Below, piece after piece: positions 1 to 14,838 of a stretch of 64,000 nucleotides of DNA. The notes below the pieces were generated by a model. The model made no database searches and was not told the origin of the DNA. It was given only the letters and a program-made list of their open reading frames with translations. Within the stretch, counting starts at the first letter, position 1, and every line of letters begins with the position of its first letter. Source of the stretch: Octopus vulgaris. Its lineage: Eukaryota. The DNA is taken from NCBI GenBank assembly GCA_951406725.2, contig OX597817.1, positions 112,034,001 to 112,098,000 of the forward strand. Reading direction: 5' to 3'. The position numbers and the translations under genes were made by a program.

Positions 1-377
1 TTTTTTTTCAGTCATAGAGTTAGATTTATCAAGGTCTTCAGTAGAAAATCCTTCGAATTCTGACTCGCTGCTTGATATAATGAAATTCGTATCCATTTTT
101 TGTCAGAATTACAAATTTTAAAAACACAATAGGAACAAATTTCGGAAAAAAATCTCCCAAAATTCACGGAATTAAAATTACACTTCGATTATTGTACAAA
201 ACTGTAGTTGAACTGTTTACGAAGTATAATACATGTTTTCACGAATGTACTAAAGATATTTGCTCTGATATTCTCATTTAAATGAATAGGTAAATTCGGG
301 CGGCTTTGGGCGGTTTGGTCACATTAACCAAAATTTTTTTCGGGCAGCTTTGGGCGGTTTGGTAACGAAAGGGTTAA
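1..377 (-). mobile_element. Left end of a piggyBac-like DNA transposon (continues out of window)
   Basis: Ends ...CGAAAGGG|TTAA (371-377), i.e. TTAA target plus CCC terminus on the minus strand. Subterminal repeat TTCGGGC(G/A)GCTTTGGGCGGTTTGGT occurs twice (~296-320, ~340-363). Minus-strand ATG at 96 reads MDTNFIISSSESEFEGFSTEDLDKS, an acidic N-terminus like piggyBac-type transposases. Confidence 0.55.
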
Positions 378-728
378 GAGACATATGCATTTCACTTGCA
401 GGGCACCTCTTTTTTATTTTGTTTTTACTTGTAGGCTACATTCATTCTAGTTTTATTGATTTGATTAAATTTTAATTTTTGGACATACATAATTTTTGAA
501 TATTAGATTATAATCTAATATGCAAAATTCTTACTGTCATACATTATTATTAAATTATGGACTTAACTTAATTCTTACAGTGGCACAAAGCTACACAATA
601 GTAGAGGAAGAAATATATTCAGTTTATTCAATCCTATAAAATGACTGGTATTTATTTTTATTAACCAGAATGATGAAGTATGAAGTCAACTTTGCTAAAA
701 TTTGAATGTTTTGTTTTTTAATTATGGC

Positions 729-866
729 TTAACCCTCTAGTTTTCTAACCAGTAACAAAGTTATAAGCAAATATTGTGGGCAACCCTCTTGAACCTGAGT
801 AATTCAAAATAATGTGAACAAATAAGCATTACATTTGACAGATTAATCTGAACACTAAAGGGTTAA
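729..866. mobile_element. Short piggyBac-like MITE
   Basis: TTAA|CCCTCTAG ... CTAAAGGG|TTAA: imperfect TIRs with TTAA on both sides. Confidence 0.55.
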
Positions 867-2177
867 GGCAAGAAGATCAACACTCATGATCCTTTGCAAA
901 GTCTTCAGGACTCAAATGTAAGGAATTATCCTCTGACTAATGATCTGGCTTGATTGGTTGCAATAGATTATACTCTGCTAAGGTTGCACAAAGGTTAGTT
1001 AATAGTACTAAACAAAACTTCAGATTAAGTCTACTACTCAAGTTGGAAGGAATATAGAAGGATAAAACTAAATCCTATAAAACTCTATTTTTGACTTTAT
1101 TGTTTTTATTGCTGACTTTAATTAAAATTAATTTAGCTAACTGATATTGGAATTTATCAATTCTGAGTAGGAGTGGAAATATATAGTTGAAATTGCATTG
1201 ATACTTTCATTAGTGAATGGTAAAAACTAACAGAAAACAAGCATTCATTTTCTGATATATTTTAAATGTAGGATCTCTACACATATGTAGTTTTATGAAG
1301 ACAGTATATTTATTATAACAAGGGAAAATAGCCTCATTTGTTGGACCTTACAAAATTTTTAATTGGAAAAGATGATGACATATTTTGGAGCATTGTTTCT
1401 TATAGAAATTTGGCAGCTCCCAAAATGTAGAGATTAATTGGAGTGTAAATTCAGATCTGAGACAGGAAATCAATAGCCAGGAATCAGTACCATGATAATA
1501 CATGTGAAAACAACAATATGTAATCAACTTACCTGGACAAGTGAGTGATATGACAAAAAGAAAAAAAAACACATTCACACTATACATCAATCACACAAAT
1601 TTCATCCAGTTCCATGCAATAGATATATTATGTTTTTTTAATACTGGACTAACTGGCATTTCAAAATTTAGTTTCTTACGGGCTTAAAAGATTCATAAAG
1701 AGAAAGCATAACAAGGCTTAGAGTTAAAACGTGTTTAATATCATAGAACTCGGAGGTGATTTCAGGTAGTCTACTCTCTAAATGCTTAATGAATCAATCA
1801 TATTTATTTTGTTTTGAAATAATTATTAAGATATTTTGTAATTTTAAACACTTATGGTTTGCTTTTGAATTTTTTAATTTCAAAATATCTTCTTGTTCAA
1901 TTATAAATATTTTCCAATAGAGAAACACAAAGGCTGTGAAATTAAGTTGCTGGATTGCAAACCATGTATGTGACCATAAGGGTAACTTTTTCCGGTTGTC
2001 ATTGTGTTGTGGCCCTAAATCTCCTTAACTAACTAAAACACAAATTCTACTCCTGCCTCTTAAGGAAGGCTATTCAAATGTACACAAAGCTAAACAAAAA
2101 CAATTACTGTAGAAAATAAACCAGCCTGTTCATGGAAGTATGAGAAGTGGAGGTGGTGAGTGTAAACCAGTAAGAAA

Positions 2178-2568
2178 CATCATCATCATCATCATTTAGC
2201 GTCCGTTCTCCATGCTAGCATGGGTTGGACGGTTCAACTGGGATCTGTGAAGCTGGAAGGCTTCATCAGGCCCAGTCAGATCTGGCAGTGTTTCTACGGC
2301 TGGATGCCCTTCCTAACGCCAACCATTCGTGAGTGTAGTGGGTGCTTTTTACGTGCCACCCGCACAGGTGCCAGACAGAGCTGGCAAACGGCCACGAACG
2401 GATGGTGCTTTTACGTGTCATCGGCACGGGGCCAGGCGAGGCTGGCAATGGACACGAACGGATGGTGCTTTTTTACGTGCCACCAACACGGGTCCAGACA
2501 GAACTGGCAAACGGCCACGAAACGGATGGTGCTTTTACGTGTCACCGGCACGAGAGCCAGGCGAGGCT
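2178..2568 (-). mobile_element. SINE family 1 ((GAT)n tail) with internal ~62-bp tandem repeats
   Basis: (CAT)n followed by ...TCCATGCTAGCATGGGTTGGACGG...GGATGCCCTTCCTAACGCCAACCA, the same body as copies at 24736, 25690 and 58205. Four GGTGCTTTT(T)ACGTG.CA units start at ~2342, 2404, 2464 and 2528. Confidence 0.75.
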
Positions 2569-3159
2569 ATAAAATTACATTTGAACTTATATTTACCATT
2601 TATTTCTTGTCAAAAATAAAATAAAATTTAAAATTACCATGCAAAATATGTTTAGACCATTATTTTGTTGAAGAAATTTATAATATTGAACAATATATAA
2701 AAAATTTTGACCATGACATTTTTTTCCCTTTTTGAAAATGTAAATAAACTCAGGAATTTAATATTGAATAAATCAATAAATTTAAATTAACTGACTGTAT
2801 TTCAAATGTTCTTACTTCTTAAATGTAAGAGAAGGGAAGTTTAACACTCACTTGTTACAAAACCAATAAATGTTTTATTTCTTTTCTTTTTGCTTTAATT
2901 GAGACTAGATCATAAGTAAAATATCCACTTAACTAAATCTGATCAATGCATTAGACAAAATATAGTGCAATATTCTTTATAATATTTTTTGTATTCTATG
3001 TATTTTCAAATACGTTTCCTTACTTACACTAATTATTTTCTATGACTAAACATATTTTAGGCAATACTTTAAATTTTTAAGTTGCTATAATATATATATG
3101 AAAAGTGATAGTTTTTCTCAAAGCTAATAAAAACATATATTTCTGAGTATTATAGTATT

Positions 3160-4110
3160 CATGTCCTCATGTTTGTAGTGCAAAGTTCTTACATACAACC
3201 ACCATTCTTTGCTACACCTATATACACCACTATGGTTCACCTTGTGAAACCCTTGAGGTCATTGCTCCATCTTTGTCTTTGTTGCCAGTAAGCCTGTTTT
3301 CCAACCCTGAGGAAGTGGGCACAAAGGTTCTGAGTCCTGATTATGTTGCAAAAATATTATAGTTTTTCTTCTCTGACCATTTCCGGATTTTGATTTTCTC
3401 CCATCTCCAAGACTGAATTGTTGGTTTTACTAACCCAACCAATTTGCAACACATGCTTGTTGCACATTATCTTGAGCAATCACAGCTGCTTGGTGTCAGC
3501 TGCATTTAGGGTCCATGTTTTACATCTGTGCAACATTACTGGTCTGACCAGGGCTTTCAGAAGTTTCAGCTTCATGTTTTTGCTGAAGGTACAGTCTTCC
3601 CATATTTTATTGAATGACTTTAGGGCTGATCTTCCTACACCTAGTCCTACCCTGATTTCATGTGTACAGTCTGCTGTTTGATCAACAATGGAACCCAGGT
3701 AGTCAAGCTTGTCAATCTGGGTTTGCATTACCCACCAGTATTGCATAGTAAGTTTATCTGGTTCCTGGTGGTTGTCATAACTTTGGGTTTTTTTGGTGCT
3801 GATCTAGTTGAAATGTGTTACAGATTCAGCCAACTTTGTTAATCAAGCTCTAGTGCTCAGCTAGCAAGGTAGCAATCAGCACAATATCATTAGCATAACA
3901 AAGGTTATTAACCTACCAACTGCCGATGCAGACAGTAACCTAACCAAGATAATTGGCTGACCTCTGCATCACTTTCTTTGAGTTGAGGTTAAAGCAGAGA
4001 AGTAAAGGAAGACACCCTTGCCTAACTCCTTTCTTGATGTTAAACCACTCTTTACTTTCACATTCCACTCTAACAGTTGGCTGCTACCCAGTGTACAGTC
4101 TCTCAGTAAG
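3160..4110 (-). pseudogene. Decayed RTE-clade LINE reverse transcriptase fragment
   Basis: Minus strand gives EWFNIKKGVRQGC (~4010-4050), LCYANDI (YADD box, ~3885-3905) and ORF 3480-3746 DYLGSIVD...EIRVGLGVGRSALKSFNKIW...KLKLLKALV...KTWTL. These are typical RTE motifs, interrupted by stops and frameshifts. Confidence 0.8.
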
Positions 4111-7100
4111 TTGACAGCAAAAATGAAATCATCTGTTTCTACATTTTGAACTTATTAAAAAAAAAATTACTGTATATGATGATGATGGTGGAAAAAAAAG
4201 TATGCTAAAGTTGAAATACATAATTGTTAAATTAAATAAAAAGGGATTTATATATTGGACATTTCTTTATTCAAACACAATTCATCTTATGATTAGCATA
4301 CACTTGCTATATAGGTTGTTTTTGTTTTTGTATCACAGATGAGACATGAGTGTTTGTTGGACAGATTACATGCAATATGAAATAGTGACCTAATCCAGTT
4401 AAATAGACCGTGGTATTGAATTATAAGATGTATGGCTTTAGAAGCCTGTATTACTCACCAGTAACTATTCTTTTCTGTTTTTCATGAACTGTTTGCACAG
4501 GAATCTTCAAGTTAAAAGTTTTTCAATAGATCTCACCCCATTCTCTTGCAAAAAGAGATTTAGTTTACCTAATCCCCCACCTTGCTGTGTCAAAACATAG
4601 AATAGTAACTTGAGTTACTATTCTCTCCATGTTTATACATCTTTGTATATAACCACATGTGTTCTTATACTTAACAATAATATGGTTTTTGCATCTGTTT
4701 TAATACTGTGGCCTATATCACTCATGGATATGAACTGCATAGAGACCAGAGGGAAAATTATAAGCATTTTGTTCTTTTGTTGGTCTCCCCAGACAATAAT
4801 AATAACCTGGTATCATTGGATCATGCACTCTTGACTTGACTAACTATCAGTTTACATACAAAAATATTAAATATAGACAGTATTGAAATGGAAGATTCAC
4901 TTTGAATAATCTGAATTAACAAAATATTGAATATTATTTACATATATTTAATGTTATAACAACACTAGTCATTAAAAAATAAATAAGTAAAAGCAGGAAA
5001 ATATGTGAAGATCATGAAAATGAAAAACTATTAAGTGTAAGACTATGGTAGAATAGAAACATGCAGGCAAAACACTCATTATCTCTTCAGTACACAACTT
5101 TCTTTGGAAGGAAAAGTACTTCGATAGCTAATTAATGACTTGTTGCTCAATCAAACTATTATGCAAAAGAGAGAGAGAGAGAGAGAGATGTTGTTGGTAA
5201 TGTTGTTATTAAGGGTGTCTGAAGAAAGTTTATTAGAAGGTGAATGAAAGAATTGAAAAATTTATTAAGCATGTTACCAGAATGACTCTATAACCTTTAT
5301 TTTAGGTAGTCTTTGCTAAGTTAGTGTTAACATATTTTAAGTACAGTACATTACTAAGCTAACTAGCAATAAATATGTAATGAGGTAAAAAATTACATTA
5401 GTCAATGACATGTATTTTCATTTTCCAGTAAGTTCAGAATACTATGCCAAATATTTTGGTCTTCCGTTCACATCAACAAAGCATATCTTCATTGTACTTA
5501 TTGAAGTATTGATGAAACATTTATTAAGTAAATGTACAAAATTGCTTGTAAGTTAGTGGTTGGTTATTCAACCCTTTTGAAAGAGAGGTGAGGGCAAGCT
5601 TCTGCTGGTAGCATAGCTATTTGGCTATTTATAAAAAAAACAATTCAGGAAGGAAAGGTTTGAAGCTGAACAAAATTGAAATCATGAAAATGTGTTACAT
5701 TTAACTGTAGATACTAAGAATTGTTAATGTTCTAGTTTGTGAGGATACATGACAAAATCTTTAGCTCTGTACTCAGTAACATATTAAAAGAACCAAGCAT
5801 ATTGTCATTCTGAGAACATGCTGAAGAGGCAGTAAGAATGTGGACAGAAAAACCTACTTCCATTGGAGGTTAGCAATAGAAATATGTGTGATGTTTCTAC
5901 TGCTGAATGTAACAAAATGTCAGTAGTAGAAACATTTCTATCACTACTGTCTGACAAAATGTGAATGTAACATTCATGTAAAGCTTTTAGTGTTTGAAGG
6001 ATAGTTGCTGAAAATATAAAAACTTGTTGCCCTTTTACTGTCATTTGTTTTTCTAATGAGAAGGCATTTATGCCTGATAGATTGGTGCAGCAGTATCATC
6101 AGCTGCTGCAAACCTAAAAAGTATTAGAAATGAAGAAATATTAAGTGTTTTAAAAGATCAAATTGTGAAAGTAGTAGGGAAATTAATGCAAGAGATTTGA
6201 GATTGATAGGGATGAAATTCATACTTGATATTTTTTTGGTGAGACAACAGCAAGATAAGTACTATGAAAATCTGGTAAACAAATCTGTCTTACATTATTT
6301 ACTTCATGTAGGCAGTGGAAAATCCAAAGGATATGAGCAAAATATGGAGTGATATGTTATAGTTCTATTTAATGCTTGTCTGCATGGGTGTTAAAGATAT
6401 AAAACTGGAATAAAAATAAATAATAAATACTGAGAAATGTATGTAATAACAGGTTAAAAAAGAAAAAGATAAAATAAAACTGAAAGAATCTGGTGGAAAT
6501 CAGGATTTGTATGTTATTGTGAGTGATGAGTACATTGGTTAATGTATATTATTTGTAAATCTAACATTAGAAAATGGTGGTTGATTTGTTTCAGCCTACA
6601 TTCATGAAAATAAGGGCTATTTGAATTATTCTTTGACCTTAGAGAAATCATTTAATAGGCAGTAATATTTAGTAAGATCTGTTTTGAGTTATAAATCATT
6701 AATCTTCCTTTATAAATTCTCATTTATTTGAATAAATATGCTTGCACATGTGTGACTAATGGTCACATGCTTATGCATGTTTGTAGCTATTGCATGAGCA
6801 TAAATGTAACTAAATGCATGACTGATGACCTATATGCATAATCATCCATTCATGGTCAACTGAAAATTGTATATAAAAGTTGCATATACAAAATAACTTG
6901 GATAGGAAAATGCTAGAAAACTATATAAAAATCCTTTATAAATTTCTTAAACATGAAGTAGATGTAAGAAGTAGCATTTTTACAGAAAGTGCATCTCACA
7001 CTCAGCAGACAACTAACATGTTAGATACAATTACTGAAGCTTTACAGTATAAGTAACTGTGATATTGGTGCACTGAAGAGCGATATCACTTAACATGAGT

Positions 7101-9082
7101 TACATTTATTAGCTGTAACAATAGAACATATATACTTCATGTGGCTTTCTATCTAGGGCTAGATTAATTTGCAGATTTGTCCTTCAAATGTCATTGTCAT
7201 CTCTTAGTTGTACAAAACATGAAAAAACAAAAAACAAAAAAAAACACTACTGTTAACAAAAGCTTGTGAGTCACCAGCAATTTCTGCAACCATCATTGTT
7301 TAACCCCCCCCATACACATGAAAACATTTATACATGCACATGTAAAGCAAGAATTCCATTGTGGATGTAATTGTAGGATCTTTACACTTAGGAGCATTGT
7401 TTTAAACAGTATATGGAATTTAAGCATTCTGTCAATCAGTTTCATTTGCTTCAAGAAAGCAATCAACAGTACATATAGGCAGTCTTTGTGGAATATTGTT
7501 AGGACTTAGTGTGTCCTGCAGTCTATGTAGAGCATGCTTAAAAGCTACAGAGTAACTTTTAAGATACATTGCTTGATAGAAACATAACTATTAATTTATG
7601 TATCAAGGTAGATATATTGATGAGAGGCATTCCCATTGGACAGAAATAAATATAGATGGAGAATAATCTGTCAAATGGTGTTTATTTTATGAATCATAGT
7701 TTCTGTTGCGTGTGTGTATAATGGGTGTGTGGTTAAAAAGTTTGCATGGCATCCATGTCGTTTTTGGGCAAGTGTCTTCTTATAGCCTTGGGCTGATTAA
7801 ATCCTTAGGAGTGAATTTGATTGCCAGAAACTGCAGAAATTATTGTGTGTGTGTTGTGTAATACGTTTACATCTCTGTTAATATTACAGCCAATTGGTTT
7901 ACGCTTTCAAAGATCTGTGGAAAGTGTAATTCCTGATTTGAAAACAGGTAAGGGTTAGTGGCATGAAGAACATCCGGCTGTAAAATTGTGCCACAGATAA
8001 GTTGCTGAGCAACCATGCTAATATGGACAAACATGCTAAAGGAACGAATAAATGAATATTTGTGAAACAAGTTTTCAAATATTTTATATTAAAGATATAA
8101 CTAGGTTCAAGTTTTTAAATAATTTTTCATATATTTTTATTAGTCCCTTGGAACAATAATGTTCTGAAGCTCATTAACATCTGCAGACCAATCATGTATT
8201 CTTTTACTTTTTCTTTTCTATATCTTGTGTCATGTATTGCAGTTTAATAGTTCATGTAGCAACAGTTTGAAATTGTTATACTTTAAAAAAATAAATGGTA
8301 TTAATTGAATACATCTAGATTAGAATCATCTCTGAATTGGTTAAGTTGTTAGGTAAGCACAGTTTTTTGGGAATGATTTCATAAAGCCTTTTCATTGATT
8401 TTCTTTTCTTTTAAATTCTTATTTTAAAATTTTAGTAAAAGACAAGCTATATATTTCAACAGAAATATAGCAAAAAGGTTAATCCAATACATTAACTGAG
8501 AAATTTTTTTATAGTTCAAGAAGTATTTTATATTTGTGTTGTTTGCAAGTTTATTTTTTACTCATAAAATTCCATTGGTAATATTATCATAAGATATTTA
8601 GTCAGACATTGGAACCAATGTTTGAGTTTAGTCCATAACCTGTCTACACGAATATGCACACACACACACGCTTCATTCAAATTCAAGCAGATGCAAATTT
8701 TTTCTAGAACCTAATTTTTATATGTGAACTCATTTCCTGATGAATAAAATCTGAGTGAAAGTTACATGTCTTAGACAATCATTTTGACAACTTACCTGAC
8801 TGATTGGCATACAGCTGCTTATCAGCATATTCTAATCTCTGACATACAAACATAGTATCCTTGTTCTGCCTTTTCTACTGCAGCAACCTTTATTTCTTGG
8901 ATCTGGCTGTTGTGCCAGTAGCAGGTCCACTTGTCTCATCGCTCATATTTTTGTTCCTCTTCTAAATTCTGTACCAATCACTATGCCCTATCCTTTCTTT
9001 TCGTGATATTTACTCATGGTAGCACAAAAATTCCTCTTCATATATGATGGCTAACACTTTAGTGTGTGTCTGTGTGTGTGTG

Positions 9083-9113
<31 letters not shown>

Positions 9114-9199
9114 GTCTGTATATATATATATATCATAATCATCATCATCGTTTAATGTCTGTTTTCCATGCTAGCATGGGTTGGATGGAAATATATATA

Positions 9200-9310
9200 T
9201 GATGGGCTTCTTTCAGTTTCTATCTACCAAATCCACTCACAAGGCTTTGGTTGACCTGAAGCTATAATAGAATATGTTTGCTCAAGATGCCACACAGTAG
9301 GACTGAATCC
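9200..9310 (-). mobile_element. tRNA-derived SINE family 2 fragment
   Basis: GGGCTT.TTTCAGTTTC..TCTACCAAATCCACTCACAAGGCTTTGGT body shared with 39541-39698 and 61520-61625. Confidence 0.6.
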
Positions 9311-9488
9311 TACGTACAGGTGCGATGCCTGCACCTGTATATATGTAGGACTTTTTTAAAATTGTCTATTTTATTGTTTATGGTGAATTGGTTTATTAAT
9401 AATATATGAGACTAATTATTTTGTTTCTTCATACATGTGTTTATTTTTGAAAATCATGTTTTAGATATTTTCATAACTTCTTTTATAG

Positions 9489-9521
9489 ATGTAACTTGGT
9501 TTAAAGGATGTACTAAATCAC
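9489..9521 (+). promoter_or_regulatory. NIPBL: 5' UTR part of the first coding NIPBL exon, with two tiny uORFs (ATG-TAA 9489-9494; ATG-TAC-TAA 9508-9516)
   Basis: Pyrimidine-rich acceptor ...cttcttttatAG at 9487-9488. Both uORFs are read directly from the sequence. Confidence 0.65.
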
Positions 9522-9588
9522 ATGATGAATGGTGAAATCCCTAGTGTTCCTATCATAACATTGGCAGGAGTAACAACTCTTACGGATT
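9522..9588 (+). CDS. NIPBL: Nipped-B-like cohesin loader, first coding exon (MMNGEIPSVPIITLAGVTTLTD + 1 nt)
   Basis: Matches the human NIPBL N-terminus as recalled (MNGDMPHVPITTLAGIASLTDL). GTAAGT donor at 9589, phase 1, 64 nt after the second ATG, the same position as in vertebrate NIPBL. Confidence 0.93.
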
Positions 9589-10291
9589 GTAAGTATTGTC
9601 ATTGTTTTTGTTCTTAATCTATGAATGTGTTAGAATTATACAATTATTAAAGTGTTTAGCTCTTTATTCATCCATTAGCAAATTTGCTTTATTTCTGTGA
9701 GAAAAATGAATATTTAAAAAAGAAAAAGAAAACTATTCAATTTCATTAGATTGTCTTAAACCAGTTTTGAAGTTTATGGTGGGTGGGAGGAAGGAATATT
9801 TTCGTAAATACTATGAATATTAGTATTTAAATTTGCATGCCAAGAATTTTTAATGATTATAAGAGTTTCTTTTATTGAATGTTGAAAATGTTCTTTTGAA
9901 ATAATGTGCAGTTTTGGGATTATATATTATTTTTTCTTTCAAGCAGCATTTTAAAAGCGGGAAACAATGAAATGTATGAATTTAAATTACTGAAAATAAT
10001 TTTAAAATTCTTATGAAATTGCAATTGCATCTAATTTTATGTTTTAATTTCCTGTTAAAGATGACTGAGAAAAATGCTTGGGAAAATTATTTAATCTATG
10101 ATTAAGTAATTTTAATAAAAAATATTTCACTGAATACTTTTGAAAGAATTGTTTTCCTTTTCACACTATATTTGCAAAATATAGCTTGACAAAGAAAAAA
10201 TCAACTTTTTATATTCAAATTTTATTTATATTTAAATTTTATTTCGTATAGTGTTCAAAGGTATCTGAAGCCATATTTCACGATAATTTAT

Positions 10292-10351
<60 letters not shown>

Positions 10352-10353
10352 TA

Positions 10354-10415
10354 TATCTATACAATATGTTACATTACTCGGTAGTCAACGAGTAATGTAA
10401 CATATTGTATAGATA
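10354..10415. repeat. Perfect 27-bp inverted repeat with 8-nt loop
   Basis: TATCTATACAATATGTTACATTACTCG-gtagtcaa-CGAGTAATGTAACATATTGTATAGATA. Confidence 0.9.
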
Positions 10416-10477
10416 AATTTCCTCTATTTACATAATATTGAGGTCTCTTTCTTTTTTTTGTTATCTTACCGTTTTAT

Positions 10478-11749
<1,272 letters not shown>

Positions 11750-11827
11750 TTAAATCCTTAAATCCTTAAAAATGTTTTAGCCCGAAGGCCGCGGCCATGC
11801 TGGGGCACCACCGCTGAATGAGCCACA

Positions 11828-14800
11828 CTAGTTTGTGAATCCACCTCTGATACGTGGCACTTGATCAACAAGGGAGTTCGATGCTGCTGCCCGCATCCGT
11901 GTCTCCTGTCGTGAGGTAGGTTCATCTGGGACTCCCAACAAGAAGAGATCCAGTTTAGTTTTAAAGAAACCCACATCCACACCATGTAAGTCTCTCAGGC
12001 ATTTAGGGAGGATGTTGAAAAGCTGTGGTCCTCTGAAACCCAAGCTGTTGCAGTATCTGGACCTGTATTTTGATGGTGATGTTGGAATCCTTGGCACCAC
12101 GCAGCGGCGCCCCGTTCTGCGGTTGGAGTAACTTTGAATGCCAAAGTTTGGGACAAGACCCTCCAGGATTTTCCAGATGTATATTACTGCATATCTCTCC
12201 CGCCTCCGCTCCAGGGAGAAGAGGTTTAATACCTTCAGTCTTTCCCAGTAGCTGACATTTTGCATTGAGACGATTTTCTTTGTGTAGCTTCTCTGAGTTG
12301 CTTCGAGTTCTGCTGTTTGTTTTATATTGTGTGGTGACCAAAGTTGGGAGCAGTAGTCCAAGCGGCTGAGGACAAATGTTTTCCATAGGACCATCAGTGT
12401 CTCCTTCTCTCTTGTTCTGAAAGTTCGGAGAATCCATCCAGCTAGCCGTCTGCATTTTATCACCAGATTAGCAATATGCATTTGGAAAGATGCATCATTG
12501 CTCATGTCAATGCCCAGGTCACGCACTGATTTTGACTCAGGGATTGCAATTCTTCCTGGGCCAGTGTATCCAGTCTTCACGTCATTTACCTTTGTGTGCC
12601 AGTAGCGCAGGGCCTGGAACTTACCTGCATTAAACTGCATGTTGTTGTCCTCAGCCCACCTGTATATTGTGTCCAGCTCATGTTGCAGATGCGCAATATT
12701 TTCAGGGTTCTGTATTGCGTGGGAGACCTTTGTGTCATCTGCATAGCTAGCAAGGGTGGTCATCGTAGCAACTGAAGGCATGTCTGAAAGGGCCACTATG
12801 AACATCAGTGGCCCCAAGACAGTGCCCTGTGGGACACCGCTTGTTATTTGCGTTTCCCTGGAGGTGGCTCCATTGCTCACAACTGCCTGTTTTCTGTCTT
12901 TTAGGAAGTTGTGCAGCCACTCTCCAAGTTTCCCGCCTATGCCGAGACCACGCAGTTTGTGACAGATCATACCATGGTCGACTTTATCAAAGGCTTTTGC
13001 AAAGTCAAGATATATTACATCCACATTTGAGCCATTTAGTAGCTGTTTCAACACCCAGTCATAGTGTTGCAGGAGCTGTGTTAGGCAGCCTCTACCTGGT
13101 CGAAATCCATGCTGGGTGTCAGACAGTAAGTCATTTTCTTCAAGGAACATGATTAGTTTCTTACGGACTATTCGTTCCATGACTTTGCTGATGTGTGAGG
13201 TCAGAGAGATAGGCCTATAATTTTTAGCATCTGCTCTGCTACCTCCCTTATGGATAGGGCATATTACCCCCTCTTTCAGTTTGACTGGGAGCTTACCACT
13301 TGCAAGAAAGCTCTGAAAAAGAAGCTGTAGCGGTTTTGCAAGGGCTCGTTTGCACGATTTGAGAAGGATCGCTGGGAATCCATCAGGTCCAGCAGCTGAG
13401 TTTGTGTCAATCTCATCAATGGCTAGTGTGATATCATCTTCTTCGATGTTGATGTACTCAATTTTTGTCTCTTTGGCCGCTGGTAAAGTGGCAAAGAATT
13501 CTTCTGGGTTGTTTACTTGCCTGTGTCCTAGAGGTGTAGTGAATACACTTTGGAACTGTTCGTTCAGTATTTCACTTATCCTCGTGGGATTTCCTGTGAG
13601 AGAGCCATCTTTTTGGAAGAGAGGTCCTATTCTCTGGTGCACTGTGGCTGTCTCTTTGGCAAACTTAAAGAAAGCTTTAGGGTTTGATTTTATATTTTCT
13701 ATTACCCAAGCTTCTTTATCTGCTCTCTCCTTTTCATGGGACTGATGTAGACTTTTCTCAGTTTCCATTAGCATTCTTTCGAGCCGAGACTTCTCACCAC
13801 TTTTGGTGTGCTTGCTCAGGCGGTTTGCAATCCTTGTCCGTCGTCTCATAAGAATCCTCCTTTCTCTAGGGATCCTGTTTTTATTCTTGTGTGTGCTGGC
13901 CCTGCACATTGGGACATATTTGTCACATATGGCTTGTATTATGGACATGAAGTGTTTGTGTTTCATGTTTATGTCCGGTGTGGAGAGACATTCAGGCCAA
14001 TCCTGTTTGAGGATCTCTTTCTCAATCGACTTCCAGTTGGCTTTATGAAAGTTTAAGTTGGAGAGATGGTGGGTGCTTCGTATAGGCTGTGTGTCTGCGG
14101 GGGCTTTTGTTCCATACGTAGACAGCTCTATTATGTTGTGATCCGAGATCATTGTCGGCATCACATTAACATTATGGATAATATCCATATTGTTTGTAAA
14201 GCAGAGATCCAGTATATTATCTGCCCTTGTTGGTTGCAGAACTATTTGCTCCATGAAAGAGGTATTTGTGAGATGGAGCAGGGACTCCACCTGTGCCTGC
14301 TGATGGTGTGTCATCCCTGGGAGCATCTGCCCCCAGGCCATTCCACATTGGGGAGGTTAAAGTCACCCATGAAGAATACACTGTTGTGCTGTTCAAGGTT
14401 GGTGAGGACTTCTCCTATTTTTGTTAGGCAGTCTTCAAACATGCCTGAGTGTTTTGGGGCGTCTGGTGGGCGATATGTAGTGCATATGACGATATTCAGT
14501 TGTCTTATGTGTACAATTTGAGTTTCACATACTGAGTTTGAATATGACAGCAGGACCTGGGGCGTGAGGTCATCTCGGATGTACATTGCAACTCCACCAT
14601 GGCTCCTCCCTTTTCTATCTGTGCGTATGACTGCATATTGCGGCATGTGTATTTCTGCATCACCTATATCGGGTTCAAGATGCGTTTCTGTGAGTGCCAT
14701 GCATATAGCTTGATTGCATGTCACAAGGTCTCTCAGGAATGAAATTTTCTTTTTACAGTTTCCGCGCAGCAGCCCTCCTACATTCAGTAGAAATATTTTT

Positions 14801-14838
14801 GTGGTGTGTGTGTTGGTGTTGGTGTCTGTGGTGGCCAT
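11828..14838 (-). CDS. LINE-A ORF2: AP endonuclease + reverse transcriptase (one frameshift at the C5 run 14330-14334)
   Basis: EN motifs LLNVGGL, ALTETHL, YRPP, GDFNLP, LDLCF, SDHN. RT motifs [46 protein letters not shown]. ORFs 14311-14931 and 11828-14341 join if one G is added. Confidence 0.9.

Noticed and set aside
2330-2568. CRISPR-like repeat-spacer appearance
   Set aside because: The intervening segments are homologous to each other, the array is inside a SINE, and there are no cas genes.
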